Below the pieces are notes generated by a model that saw only the letters and a program-made list of their open reading frames with translations, did not search any database and had not been told where the DNA came from. Both the position numbers and the translations under genes were made by a program. From Rickettsiales bacterium (lineage in GTDB: Bacteria > Pseudomonadota > Alphaproteobacteria > Methylaequorales > Methylaequoraceae): a DNA stretch of 64,000 bases. Location: positions 14,838 to 78,837 of the forward strand of contig JAOOJU010000001.1 in NCBI GenBank assembly GCA_028407765.1, read 5' to 3'. Numbering within the stretch: position 1 is the stretch's first letter; each line of letters starts with the position of its first letter. Shown piece by piece: positions 9,669 through 19,431 of this stretch.

Positions 9669-10901
9669 TTATTTTAAATCATTTAAAGTTCTCATTCCAG
9701 TATCTTTAGCCTGAACTAAAGCTGCCATATTACCCGGCAAATGTTTATTATTCATCATTTTAGTATGCGCTGCTGGAATTTTATCCCAAATAAAACATTC
9801 TGACATTAATGGATCAATAAGCTTATTAATCATCATATTATTAGCCTCATTCGCTTGAAAGAGATTTGCAAAATGGCTACCTTGTATTCTTTTTTGCCTC
9901 ATCCAGACATATCTAGCATCCATAGTTAAATTGTACCCTGAGGTGCCTGCACAGATTACAACCATACCTCCCGTTTTTACTAAATAACAAGATACAGGAA
10001 AAGTAGACTCACCTGGATGTTCAAACACGATGTCTACATCTTTTTTTCCTGTGATATTCCAAATATCTTTACCTAAAACTCTACATTTCTTTATAAAATC
10101 AGAGTACTCTTTTTGATTTTTAACGTCAGGTAACTGACCAAAACATTCATATTTTTTTCTATTTAAAACCCCTGAAGCGCCAAGTTTCTCAACAAATGGT
10201 ATTTTTTCATCATCAGATATTATTCCGATTGCATTTGCGCCAACAGCCTTACAAATTTGTACTGCCATACTTCCAATTCCCCCTGAAGCACCCCAAACTA
10301 AGACATTCATCCCGGTTTTTAATGCATGAGGTGGATGGCCGAAAAGCATCCTATAAGCAGTTGCTAACGTTAAAGTATAGCATCCACTTTCTTCCCATGA
10401 AAGATGTTCAGGTTTTTTTAGTAGTTGTCTCGATTGGACTGTCGTAAACTGAGCAAATGAGCCATCATTTGTCTCATAACCCCAGATTCTCTGAGATTTT
10501 GAATACATTGGTTCACCTCCATTACATTCCTCGTCATCACCGTCGTCACGATTACAGTGAATTATAACTTCGTCACCAATTTTCCATCTTTTTACATTGT
10601 CACCAACGGCCCAAATTACGCCAGAGGCGTCTGAACCTCCAATGTGGTATCCTGTATCTTCACCTATGACAGATATTGGTATGCCCTGAGATGCCCAAAC
10701 ATTATTATAATTGATACCGACTGCCATGACCATTACTAAAACCTCATCTTTCCCAGGTTTTTGGACTGGCATTTTTTCGATTTGCATTGCTTTCTCGGGA
10801 ACTCCCAATCTCTCTTCTCTAATTACCCATGCATACATTTCTTTTGGAACTATCCCTAATGGTGGTATTTCTCCAATATCATATATATCTTTTTTTGTCA
10901 T
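9669..10901 (-). CDS. ccr: Crotonyl-CoA carboxylase/reductase
   Basis: MTKKDIYDIGEIPPLGIVPKEMYAWVIREERLGVP is a Ccr-type N-terminus of the MDR superfamily. The ORF track start at 10970 adds an implausible N/F-rich leader. Confidence 0.8.
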   Translation of the reverse strand: MTKKDIYDIGEIPPLGIVPKEMYAWVIREERLGVPEKAMQIEKMPVQKPGKDEVLVMVMAVGINYNNVWASQGIPISVIGEDTGYHIGGSDASGVIWAVGDNVKRWKIGDEVIIHCNRDDGDDEECNGGEPMYSKSQRIWGYETNDGSFAQFTTVQSRQLLKKPEHLSWEESGCYTLTLATAYRMLFGHPPHALKTGMNVLVWGASGGIGSMAVQICKAVGANAIGIISDDEKIPFVEKLGASGVLNRKKYECFGQLPDVKNQKEYSDFIKKCRVLGKDIWNITGKKDVDIVFEHPGESTFPVSCYLVKTGGMVVICAGTSGYNLTMDARYVWMRQKRIQGSHFANLFQANEANNMMINKLIDPLMSECFIWDKIPAAHTKMMNNKHLPGNMAALVQAKDTGMRTLNDLK

Positions 10902-11024
10902 AGTTTCATTTCTAATGTTAATATTTAATAAAAATAAATTAGTTTTATCATTGTTATTAAAAAAAAACATAATTTTCTTGTTGAAAACTAAATTTAATAC
11001 TATTTTTCATGTAAAAGTTATTTT

Positions 11025-13007
11025 ATGAAGCAAGTAAAAGACAAACCATGGGTTATTCGAACATATGCAGGGCATTCAACTGCTGAAGCATCGAATAAAC
11101 TCTACAGAGAAAATTTAAGTAAAGGTCAAACTGGTCTTTCTGTCGCCTTTGATTTACCAACACAAACAGCATATGATTCTGATTTTGTACTTTCAAAAGG
11201 AGAAGTGGGTAAGGTTGGAGTACCAATAAGTCACATTGGAAATATGATGACATTATTTGACAAAATCCCACTTGATCAAATGAATACGTCAATGACTATT
11301 AATGCTCCAGCAGCATGGTTACTCTCTCTCTATATAGCTACTGCTGAAAAAAGAGGGCTAAACAGAAAAGATTTATCTGGGACAACACAAAATGATATAA
11401 CCAAAGAATACTTATCAAGGGGCACATACATTTTTCCACCAGAACCAAGTTTAAAGCTAACTACAGATATTATAAAATTTACAACCACTGAATTACCAAA
11501 ATGGAACCCAATGAATGTATGTTCTTATCATCTCCAAGAAGCTGGAGCAACTCCGGAACAAGAGTTATCATTTGCACTTGCAACTGCTATTGGAATACTC
11601 GAGTATCTGAAAAAAAATTCACACATAGAACATTCTTTATTTGAGAAAATTGTCGGAAGAATAAGTTTTTTTGTTAACTCTGGGATGAGATTTATTACCG
11701 AAACCGCAAAGATGATTGCTTTCACAGAATTATGGGATGAAATATGTAAAAAACGCTTTAAAATAAAAGATCCTAAATACGCAAGGTTTAGATACGGAAT
11801 GCAAGTCAATTCCTTGGGGTTAACAGAATCACAACCTGAAAATAATGTTTATAGAATTTTGATACAAATGTTACCGGTGGTTATAGCAAAAAACTCAAGA
11901 GCTCGGGCAGTTCAATTACCAGCCTGGAATGAGGCTCTAGGTTTACCTAGACCATGGGATCAACAATGGAGTTTAAGATTGCAACAAATAATGGCCTTTG
12001 AAACCGATTTGTTAGAATTTGGTGATATTTTTAAAGGTTCAAGTGAAATTAAGAAAAAGGTTTCTGATTTAAAGAAACAAGCTATTTCAGAATTGAAAGC
12101 TATTGATAAAATTGGTGGTCTAAAAGTTGCTATAGAAAATGGTTATATGAAGAAAAAACTTGTTTTATCTCAGACTGAAAGACAAAAAAATATTGAGTCT
12201 GGAACTCAAAAAGTAATTGGTGTGAATTGTTATAAAGAAGGAGTTAAATCGCCATTAATGGAATCTGACGATGGTGGATTCATGAAAGCTGATCAAAAAG
12301 CTGAAGAAAACCAGATTAAAAATGTAATTAATTGGAAAAAGAAAAGAGATCCAGGGAAAATTAAATTATGTTTAGAAAAATTATCAGAAAAGGCAAAAAA
12401 TGGTGATAATATCATGGAGGTTTCAATTGAGTGCGCTCATGCTGGAGTTACTACAGGAGAATGGGGTAAAGTTATGAGAGAGGTATTTGGTGAATATAGA
12501 GCGCCAACAGGAATTGTTGCATCATCTATAAATGTTACAAATGATAAGAGAGTGCAAATAAAAAAAATTCAAAAAAGAGTCGATAAAATAACAAAAATTG
12601 TTGGAAGAAGGCCTAAAATATTAGTTGGCAAACCTGGGCTAGATGGACATTCTAATGGAGCTGAGCAAATAGCCGTAAGAGCAAGAGATATTGGTCTTGA
12701 AGTTGTCTATGATGGTATTAGATCAACACCAGAACAACTTGTTAATACTTGTGTTGACGAAGGTATACATATAATCGGTTTATCAATTTTGTCAGGTTCC
12801 CATATATTTTTAGTAAAACAAACTATCTCTTTAATGAAAAAAATTAAGATAAATCATATTCCAATTATTGTTGGTGGGATTATTCCACCAACTGACGAAA
12901 AAAAATTAATTAAGATGGGTGTTAAGAAAGTTTTTACGCCTAAAAATTTCCAAATAGAAGATATCATGTCAGATATTGTTGATATTATTGAGATATCTTA
13001 TGCATGA
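11025..13007 (+). CDS. ecm: Ethylmalonyl-CoA mutase (single-chain, B12-dependent methylmalonyl-CoA mutase family)
   Basis: N-terminal VIRTYAGHSTAEASNKLYRENLSKGQTGLSVAFDLPTQ. C-terminal B12-binding domain DGHSNGAEQIAVRARDIGLEVVY. Length is 660 aa, divergent from ccr. Confidence 0.8.
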   Translation: MKQVKDKPWVIRTYAGHSTAEASNKLYRENLSKGQTGLSVAFDLPTQTAYDSDFVLSKGEVGKVGVPISHIGNMMTLFDKIPLDQMNTSMTINAPAAWLLSLYIATAEKRGLNRKDLSGTTQNDITKEYLSRGTYIFPPEPSLKLTTDIIKFTTTELPKWNPMNVCSYHLQEAGATPEQELSFALATAIGILEYLKKNSHIEHSLFEKIVGRISFFVNSGMRFITETAKMIAFTELWDEICKKRFKIKDPKYARFRYGMQVNSLGLTESQPENNVYRILIQMLPVVIAKNSRARAVQLPAWNEALGLPRPWDQQWSLRLQQIMAFETDLLEFGDIFKGSSEIKKKVSDLKKQAISELKAIDKIGGLKVAIENGYMKKKLVLSQTERQKNIESGTQKVIGVNCYKEGVKSPLMESDDGGFMKADQKAEENQIKNVINWKKKRDPGKIKLCLEKLSEKAKNGDNIMEVSIECAHAGVTTGEWGKVMREVFGEYRAPTGIVASSINVTNDKRVQIKKIQKRVDKITKIVGRRPKILVGKPGLDGHSNGAEQIAVRARDIGLEVVYDGIRSTPEQLVNTCVDEGIHIIGLSILSGSHIFLVKQTISLMKKIKINHIPIIVGGIIPPTDEKKLIKMGVKKVFTPKNFQIEDIMSDIVDIIEISYA

Positions 13008-13891
13008 GAAAGAAAGAAATAACAGAATTAATTATTTTTTCTCTAAAACAATTAAATAAAAAGAATATTGATGAATTATTCCCAATATATTTTAAAAGAA
13101 AAAAAGTTGGATGGATTAATTCTAAAAACTTTGAGTTAATCAAAAATTATTTTGGTATTAAATGCTCAAAAAAGTTAGATTTACAAAATTTGTTTTCCAT
13201 AAACTCTAAATGGCCCAAAAAATTATTAGATTTAAATATAAATTCATACCAAATTAATGAAAACTACAACGAAGATTGTCCTATATTTTATAATGAAGCA
13301 TTGAATCCAAGAATCCATTTCAATGATAGAGTGATCTTTGGAAAGGAAAAATTATTTGATATTAATAGAGGATTAATGTCTTTTTTTGGTTTTCCTACTT
13401 ATGGAGTTCACTGCAATGGATGGTCAGTTGAAAAAAAAAAAATCTTCCTATTTCTGGCTAAAAGGTCCAAAAAACTTAAAAATTTTCCTGGATTGTATGA
13501 CAACCTTATTGGCGGAGGTCAACCATCAAATATTTCAATAAAAGATAATCTTTTAAAAGAAGGTTTTGAAGAAGTGGGTCTGTCAAAAACTATTTTACTT
13601 AATGCAAATTTTAATAATTTTACTAAATATTCGCATACTCACAATAATGAGCTTAATTCGTCTGTAATTGCAACATACGATATAAAGCTAACTAAAAAAA
13701 TTATTTTCAAAGGAAACGATGGAGAAGTCGAAAAGGTAGAAAAATTTGAGGTTTTAGATATTTTCTATTTAATAAAAAAAAAACAATTAAAACCTAATTG
13801 TATCATACCTATAATTAATTTTATGTTAACAAATATGTCAGACTTTTTTGACAAAAATGCTTTACTTGAAATTAAAAAGTACCTAATTTGA
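13004..13891 (+). CDS. NUDIX-family hydrolase-like protein
   Basis: Nudix-box-like GGGQPSNISIKDNLLKEGFEEVGL. Its ATGA start overlaps the ecm stop. Confidence 0.45.
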   Translation: MRKKEITELIIFSLKQLNKKNIDELFPIYFKRKKVGWINSKNFELIKNYFGIKCSKKLDLQNLFSINSKWPKKLLDLNINSYQINENYNEDCPIFYNEALNPRIHFNDRVIFGKEKLFDINRGLMSFFGFPTYGVHCNGWSVEKKKIFLFLAKRSKKLKNFPGLYDNLIGGGQPSNISIKDNLLKEGFEEVGLSKTILLNANFNNFTKYSHTHNNELNSSVIATYDIKLTKKIIFKGNDGEVEKVEKFEVLDIFYLIKKKQLKPNCIIPIINFMLTNMSDFFDKNALLEIKKYLI

Positions 13892-13894
13892 ATT

Positions 13895-14542
13895 ATGTCA
13901 GTTACCAAACTACTTGATGGTCCAATAATATCACCAACCTCAAAAAAAGTAGAAAAGATAGTGCTTTTCCTCCATGGATATGGTGCTAACGGAGAAGATT
14001 TAATCAATATTGCATCGGAATGGATTGATATTTTACCTAATACAATTTTTTATTCACCCAATGCCCCTTTTGTATGCGATGTCAACCCCTCAGGTTATCA
14101 ATGGTTTAAATTACTAGAAAGAACTGAAGAGGAGCTCAATAACGGTTTAAATAAATGTGGTCCATACTTAAATCAATTCATAGATTATATTTTAAAAAAA
14201 CATAAACTTGGGATAAATAATTTATTAATTGTAGGGTTTTCTCAAGGAACAATCATTTCTCTGTATCATTTAATCAGAAGAAAAATCGCATGTGCAGGAG
14301 TGATTGGTTTCTCGGGTCTTTACTTCGAAGAAAAAGAATTGACTGTAGATGTAAGTTTCCCAATCTTCTTATATCACGGCAAAGATGACCAAGTTATTGA
14401 GTGCTCATCATCTGTAAAAGCAGAAAAGCTATTAAGCTTAAAGGGATTTGATGTTGAATGTTATTTACAAGACGATTTAGGACATGGAATAGATATGAAT
14501 GGTTTGAATCTGGCAAAAAGGTTTATTAATAAAATATTTTAA
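13895..14542 (+). CDS. Phospholipase/carboxylesterase-family alpha/beta hydrolase
   Basis: VLFLHGYGANGEDL, a GFSQG nucleophile elbow, and YHGKDDQVI. Confidence 0.7.
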   Translation: MSVTKLLDGPIISPTSKKVEKIVLFLHGYGANGEDLINIASEWIDILPNTIFYSPNAPFVCDVNPSGYQWFKLLERTEEELNNGLNKCGPYLNQFIDYILKKHKLGINNLLIVGFSQGTIISLYHLIRRKIACAGVIGFSGLYFEEKELTVDVSFPIFLYHGKDDQVIECSSSVKAEKLLSLKGFDVECYLQDDLGHGIDMNGLNLAKRFINKIF

Positions 14543-14613
14543 GTTAAATTTTGTAAAAAAATCATAATATACTAATATATCGTGTTGTTGTTTCGAAATT
14601 TAGGTTAAAAGAT

Positions 14614-15174
14614 ATGCTAATAAAAGAAAATAGTTTTCCAGCTCTCGTATTGAATGCAGATTTTCAACCATTGAGCTATTTTCCACTGTCAACTTGGTCA
14701 TGGCAAAATACACTCAAAGCTGTTTTCTTAAATAGAGTAAATGTAGTATCAGAATATAATCAAACAGTAAGTTCTCCCTCGACCGAATTCAAACTACCAA
14801 GTGTTATTTCACTCAAAGATTTTATCCCTTTACCCTCCAAGGCAGCTTTTACAAGATTCAATGTCTTTTTAAGAGACAAGTTTTGCTGCCAATATTGCAG
14901 GACTGTCTATAAAACTGAAGAACTTACTTTTGATCATGTAATTCCAAGATCAAAAGGTGGAAAAACTCAATGGTCTAATGTTGTAACCTCTTGTAGACCT
15001 TGTAATACTAAAAAGGGGAATAAGAGTTTAAAAATGATTGGTATAAAATTAAATAAAGAACCAACCACCCCAAATACTTATGAGCTAAAAGAAATTGGAA
15101 GACTATTTCCTCCTAATTTTCTTCATAAAAGTTGGAATGATTATTTATATTGGGATACCGAACTGGAACCATAG
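14614..15174 (+). CDS. HNH endonuclease-domain protein
   Basis: CCQYC...FDHVIPRSKGGKTQWSNVVTSCRPCNTKKGNK is an HNH motif. Confidence 0.7.
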   Translation: MLIKENSFPALVLNADFQPLSYFPLSTWSWQNTLKAVFLNRVNVVSEYNQTVSSPSTEFKLPSVISLKDFIPLPSKAAFTRFNVFLRDKFCCQYCRTVYKTEELTFDHVIPRSKGGKTQWSNVVTSCRPCNTKKGNKSLKMIGIKLNKEPTTPNTYELKEIGRLFPPNFLHKSWNDYLYWDTELEP

Positions 15175-15687
15175 TTAAATTTTTTGCGACACCTTAATGG
15201 CTAACTTAGTTATTGCTTCAATAAATTTCTTAAAAACCTTTAATTTCAAATCATTATTTTTAATTTGACTCATTCCAGTTATTTGATGTTCAGCCTCATC
15301 ATTAAGAAACTTCTCCAGTTTTTTTTTTATATCAACTTCAGATATTTGATCAATCTGATTTTTGTAATGATCAACTATCACTCTCTCAACAGCCTCAGTA
15401 CAGGCCATCACATAATCTTTTCCAAGAATAGCTGTAAATGCTCCTAGGTAAAATCCCCCCAACTTCCAAAGAGGAGTCATAAGAGTGGGCCTTACTCTTT
15501 TTTCAATCATTAAACTTTCAAAATAAGATAGGTGTTCATCTTCATCTTTTGCTATTTGCTGTAAAGTTTTTTTTAATCCTTGTTCTTTAGTGAATTTTAT
15601 CTGACCGGCATAAATTTGTTGAGCACCATACTCTCCAGCATGGTCAACTCTAATTATCTCGTCCATCTTTTTTTTTTCAGAATTCAT
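15175..15687 (-). CDS. coq7: Demethoxyubiquinone hydroxylase (COQ7 family, ferritin-like di-iron)
   Basis: IIRVDHAGEYGAQQIYAGQ and E..H repeats are diagnostic of COQ7. Confidence 0.85.
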   Translation of the reverse strand: MNSEKKKMDEIIRVDHAGEYGAQQIYAGQIKFTKEQGLKKTLQQIAKDEDEHLSYFESLMIEKRVRPTLMTPLWKLGGFYLGAFTAILGKDYVMACTEAVERVIVDHYKNQIDQISEVDIKKKLEKFLNDEAEHQITGMSQIKNNDLKLKVFKKFIEAITKLAIKVSQKI

Positions 15688-16163
15688 TACCTTATTTTTA
15701 ATCTATAAGTTGTTAAAATAATTAAATTTACAATAGAATATATTACATTATATCCCGCCATGGATATTCCTTTATAAGACCAGATAATTTGATCACATTT
15801 AGTAATTGGAACATCTTCTAGGAAAGACCTAAGCTTTTCAATATCATCAAAATCTTTGATGTTATTTGAACAAGAGCTTTTAATCTGCCAAAATCCTTGT
15901 TCAACACCCAAATGAGAAATAGAAAGACATACGCTCAAAAAAATTGCAAATATTATTACACTAGAAATAAAATTAAAATTCTTTCTAAAAATAAAAAAAA
16001 ATAAGGATGTGAAAATAATCAGATAATATGGAATTCTCTGATAAACACATAGTTCACAGGGTGGGTAATTTTCAATATATTGATAATATAAAGCAAAAAG
16101 AATTGCAGTTAAACTAAAAACAAAGCTATAAGAAATAAAATAAAAATTTTTCAAAACAACCAA
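15687..16163 (-). CDS. dsbB: Disulfide bond formation protein B-like
   Basis: Four TM helices and CELCVYQRIPYY, a CxxC..QR motif typical of DsbB. Length is 158 aa. Confidence 0.55.
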   Translation of the reverse strand: MVVLKNFYFISYSFVFSLTAILFALYYQYIENYPPCELCVYQRIPYYLIIFTSLFFFIFRKNFNFISSVIIFAIFLSVCLSISHLGVEQGFWQIKSSCSNNIKDFDDIEKLRSFLEDVPITKCDQIIWSYKGISMAGYNVIYSIVNLIILTTYRLKIR

Positions 16164-16760
16164 TCAATTCTGGGAAAACTTTAAAAAAATATAAGCTAAA
16201 AAAATTAAAATTAGAACTAAACTTATTAAATTAATATTTCTTTCTATAGTTAACTTTATACCATTTCCATATTTAAAAAACATATATCCAACAATTATAA
16301 ATCTCGCACTTCTTGATATTATAGAACATGCAATAAATAAGAAAATATCTAATTGAAGTATTCCTGATGAAATTGTTATTATTTTAAAAGGAAAAGGGGT
16401 GAATCCTCCTATCATTATTAACATCCAACTTAATTCAGAAAATTTATTTTTAAAGCTTAAAAAACCTGGTTGAAATTCTGGGTAAAGAACATTCACCTGC
16501 GGTTCTATTGACTCCCAGAAATAGAAACCTACCACATATCCCACAATCCCTCCTATTACTGAGAATAATATTGTTATAAAAACTAAAAAAACTGTTCTTT
16601 TACGATTGGCAATAATCATCGGAGCAAGAAAAAGATCTGTGGGTATAGGAAAAAAAATTGATTCAATAAAAGAGATAAATGATAGAAAAATCCATGACTT
16701 CTTATGTCCTGAGTAATCTAGCATCTTATTAAATAACGATTGTAGAAAATTATTTATCAT
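16164..16760 (-). CDS. YqaA/DedA-family inner membrane protein
   Basis: ESIFFPIPTDLFLAPM motif and multi-TM topology. Confidence 0.55.
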   Translation of the reverse strand: MINNFLQSLFNKMLDYSGHKKSWIFLSFISFIESIFFPIPTDLFLAPMIIANRKRTVFLVFITILFSVIGGIVGYVVGFYFWESIEPQVNVLYPEFQPGFLSFKNKFSELSWMLIMIGGFTPFPFKIITISSGILQLDIFLFIACSIISRSARFIIVGYMFFKYGNGIKLTIERNINLISLVLILIFLAYIFLKFSQN

Positions 16761-17024
16761 TTTGGTGAATCATAATACGATCTTGATTAACTAACCATAT
16801 TTTTATAGTTATATATTATTTAATAAACTTTAATTATATAGTTTTTCAATAGATGTGGTAAATATTATAGTTTCTTATTAAGAAAATATTAGTTAAATAA
16901 AAAATTATTTATAAATTTACAATCACTTTTTAGAAATATATAAATTTATGTTTTTAAAATTTCACAAATCTATTAAAGTGCCTTCTTACATATTACGAAA
17001 TTTCTTTTTTTTTGGTATACTGGA
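16761..17024. promoter_or_regulatory. Very AT-rich divergent intergenic region separating the core genes from the glycan island; putative promoters
   Basis: 264 bp with no ORF and extreme AT content, between the divergently transcribed 16164-16760(-) and 17025-18293(+). Confidence 0.2.
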
Positions 17025-18293
17025 TTGTTGAGATTAATTTTTAAACTTTTACTTAGATTTAAATTAATAAACGTAATTGCTTTTTTCTATTTTCTAAAAA
17101 CAAAAAAACTTTTTCAAAAAAATAGCAACAAAAAATTCAGAATCCTAGCGTTAAGTAGCGGAAGATTTTTGGAAGTTTTAGAGATAATTGAAAAAAATAG
17201 TGATTTCCAAATTTTAACTCTCCCTTTTTCTTGGCAATCAAGATTTTTAAATTTTTTTTATACCCGCGAGAGTAGAAAAAATATTGGACTGAAGACTATG
17301 GATGAAAAAATTCAATCAAAATTTCGCCATTTTTTAAAACTTTTTTTATGTACATATTATAAATTCACAAAAATAGATTTAGTTCTTGGTCCAGCTATTC
17401 ATTACAAACAAGACGTCGACTGGGGTATTGTTTCAAAATCTATCGGAGTACCATATATCGTTATTCACAAAGAAAATTTATATGCATCAGAGGATCATAT
17501 TGCAAATATGACAAAAAAACTCAAGCTGAGACAGCCATTTCGAGGAAGTCATGTAATCGTTCATAATGATATTGTTAAAAAAACTTGGGTTAAAAGTAAA
17601 TTTATAGAGGACAAGGAAATAAGTTCATGTGGAAAATTAACAAATAAAACAAAATCTAAATCTTCAAAAAATTCAATTTTTGATGTAGTTTTTTTTTCTT
17701 TTGGCCCTGGAGTATCCGTTAGCATTGACGGAAATGATATGTTTCCTGAAGAAAAATCTCCAGGCTATCACAACTTAAGCAGAATTACTCACCTTGAAGT
17801 GATTAATTTTGCAATTAAAAATCCCGAAAAAAAAGTGATAATCAAGCCTAAATGGGGAGGTAGATGGATAGATTACATCTATAAATTAGCTCGCGAGGAA
17901 AATATTAAATTAAACGAAATAAAAAATTTAGTGATTAATGAAAATTTAAACTCTTTTAGTCTTATTGAAAATTGTTCTGTTGTTATTTCTTTTAATTCAA
18001 CAACTGTGTTAGAGGCTGGTATAAAAAGTAAGTACGTAATTATTCCATATTTTGAAGAGGCAAAAAAAAATCTTAAAGGTTACGTATGTTTCAAGAATTA
18101 TTTTAATCTTTTTGAAATAGCAGATTCTGGTAAAGATCTTTATAAAAAAATAACCTTAGGTCTAGCAAATCCAAAAAAATACAATAGGTTTTTGCATAGA
18201 AGAAATAAATTATACGAGCTTTATGTCTCTTCATTAAAGGATAACCAAGTAAAAAAATACATCCAAGTGATCGAAAAAAATAAGATTTTGTAA
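17025..18293 (+). CDS. Capsule polysaccharide biosynthesis protein, KpsC/KpsS-like (Capsule_synth domain) candidate
   Basis: C-terminal VVISFNSTTVLEAGIKSKYVII resembles the KpsS/KpsC motif. It is the first gene of the glycan island. Confidence 0.4.
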   Translation: MLRLIFKLLLRFKLINVIAFFYFLKTKKLFQKNSNKKFRILALSSGRFLEVLEIIEKNSDFQILTLPFSWQSRFLNFFYTRESRKNIGLKTMDEKIQSKFRHFLKLFLCTYYKFTKIDLVLGPAIHYKQDVDWGIVSKSIGVPYIVIHKENLYASEDHIANMTKKLKLRQPFRGSHVIVHNDIVKKTWVKSKFIEDKEISSCGKLTNKTKSKSSKNSIFDVVFFSFGPGVSVSIDGNDMFPEEKSPGYHNLSRITHLEVINFAIKNPEKKVIIKPKWGGRWIDYIYKLAREENIKLNEIKNLVINENLNSFSLIENCSVVISFNSTTVLEAGIKSKYVIIPYFEEAKKNLKGYVCFKNYFNLFEIADSGKDLYKKITLGLANPKKYNRFLHRRNKLYELYVSSLKDNQVKKYIQVIEKNKIL

Positions 18294-18351
18294 TAAAATA
18301 ATTTGATTTAATGTAACTTAAAACTATAAATTTAAGAGAATATGAAATATT

Positions 18352-19359
18352 ATGTCTTTCTTTAAAAACAAAAAAGTGCTTGTAACAGGCGGATCAGGAA
18401 TGATTGGTCGACAACTAGTGAAGCTACTACTCAATAAAAAAGCAAAAGTAACTATAGCATCTCTTGATGATGAAAGTCGCTCAATCGATGGAGCAAATTT
18501 TGTTAAAACTGATTTAAGAAAGTTTGAAAGTTGTTTATTAGCATGCAAGGGAAAAGAAATTGTATTCCAACTAGCCGGAGTTAAAGGTTCACCTGTCATG
18601 ACATCAAAAAGACCAGCAACCTTTTTTGTTCCTACAATTACTATGTCAATAAATATGATGGAAGCAGCAAGAAGACAAAAAGTTGAAAACTATTTATTCA
18701 CCTCAAGTGTTGGCGTATATTCACCAGCTGAAATTTTTTTTGAAGATGATGTTTGGAAAACTTTTCCTTCTCCTAATGATAAATTTGCTGGATGGGCAAA
18801 AAGAATGGGTGAACTTCAAGCAGAGGCATATGGTATAGAATATGGTTGGAAAAAAATTTCTATTTTAAGACCAGCTAATGTTTATGGTACATTTGATAAC
18901 TTCGATTCAAAAAATGCTATGGTAATACCCAGCCTGATAAAACGAGCTTTTTCTGGAGAAAACCCTTTAACTGTTTGGGGAGATGGATCAGAGATCAGAG
19001 ATTTTGTAAATGCCAAGGATGTTGCACGTGCGATGATGTTTGTGGTAGAGAATAATATTAATGAGCCATTGAATATTGGGAGTGGAAAAGGGGTATCAAT
19101 AAAAGAAGTTGTTGAAATTTTAAAAAAAAGTTTACCATTTCAAATAGAAATTGAATGGGATAAATCAAAATCAAAAGGCGATAGTAAGCGCTTAATGGAT
19201 ATCTCTAAAATAGAATCATATGGTTTTAAAAATATAGTTTCCATTGAAGAAGGAATAATAGAGACAATTAAATGGTATAGTAAAAATAAAAAAATAGCTG
19301 AAAATAGATTTAATCCTTTTACAGAAAAAGATATGATGCCAGATTCTATTTTAAGCTAA
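18352..19359 (+). CDS. NAD-dependent nucleotide-sugar epimerase/dehydratase (SDR extended family)
   Basis: VTGGSGMIGRQL Rossmann motif, YxxxK region and 335 aa length. Confidence 0.7.
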   Translation: MSFFKNKKVLVTGGSGMIGRQLVKLLLNKKAKVTIASLDDESRSIDGANFVKTDLRKFESCLLACKGKEIVFQLAGVKGSPVMTSKRPATFFVPTITMSINMMEAARRQKVENYLFTSSVGVYSPAEIFFEDDVWKTFPSPNDKFAGWAKRMGELQAEAYGIEYGWKKISILRPANVYGTFDNFDSKNAMVIPSLIKRAFSGENPLTVWGDGSEIRDFVNAKDVARAMMFVVENNINEPLNIGSGKGVSIKEVVEILKKSLPFQIEIEWDKSKSKGDSKRLMDISKIESYGFKNIVSIEEGIIETIKWYSKNKKIAENRFNPFTEKDMMPDSILS

Positions 19360-19431
19360 ATATTTTTAGTATAAAAATAACTTAATTGTAAAAGTCAATT
19401 TTTTTATTTTTCGTTTTTATAGGAAATTAAT

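Noticed and set aside
11053-11809. Minus-strand ORFs 11053-11292 and 11528-11809 within ecm
   Set aside because: They are antisense to a long, well-supported mutase ORF. No independent signal.
13431-13442. A12 tract inside the NUDIX-like coding sequence (encodes KKKK), and a T13 run at about 50321-50336 inside the SGNH gene
   Set aside because: Poly-Lys/poly-Phe codon runs are expected in a genome this AT-rich. There is no evidence of frameshifting.
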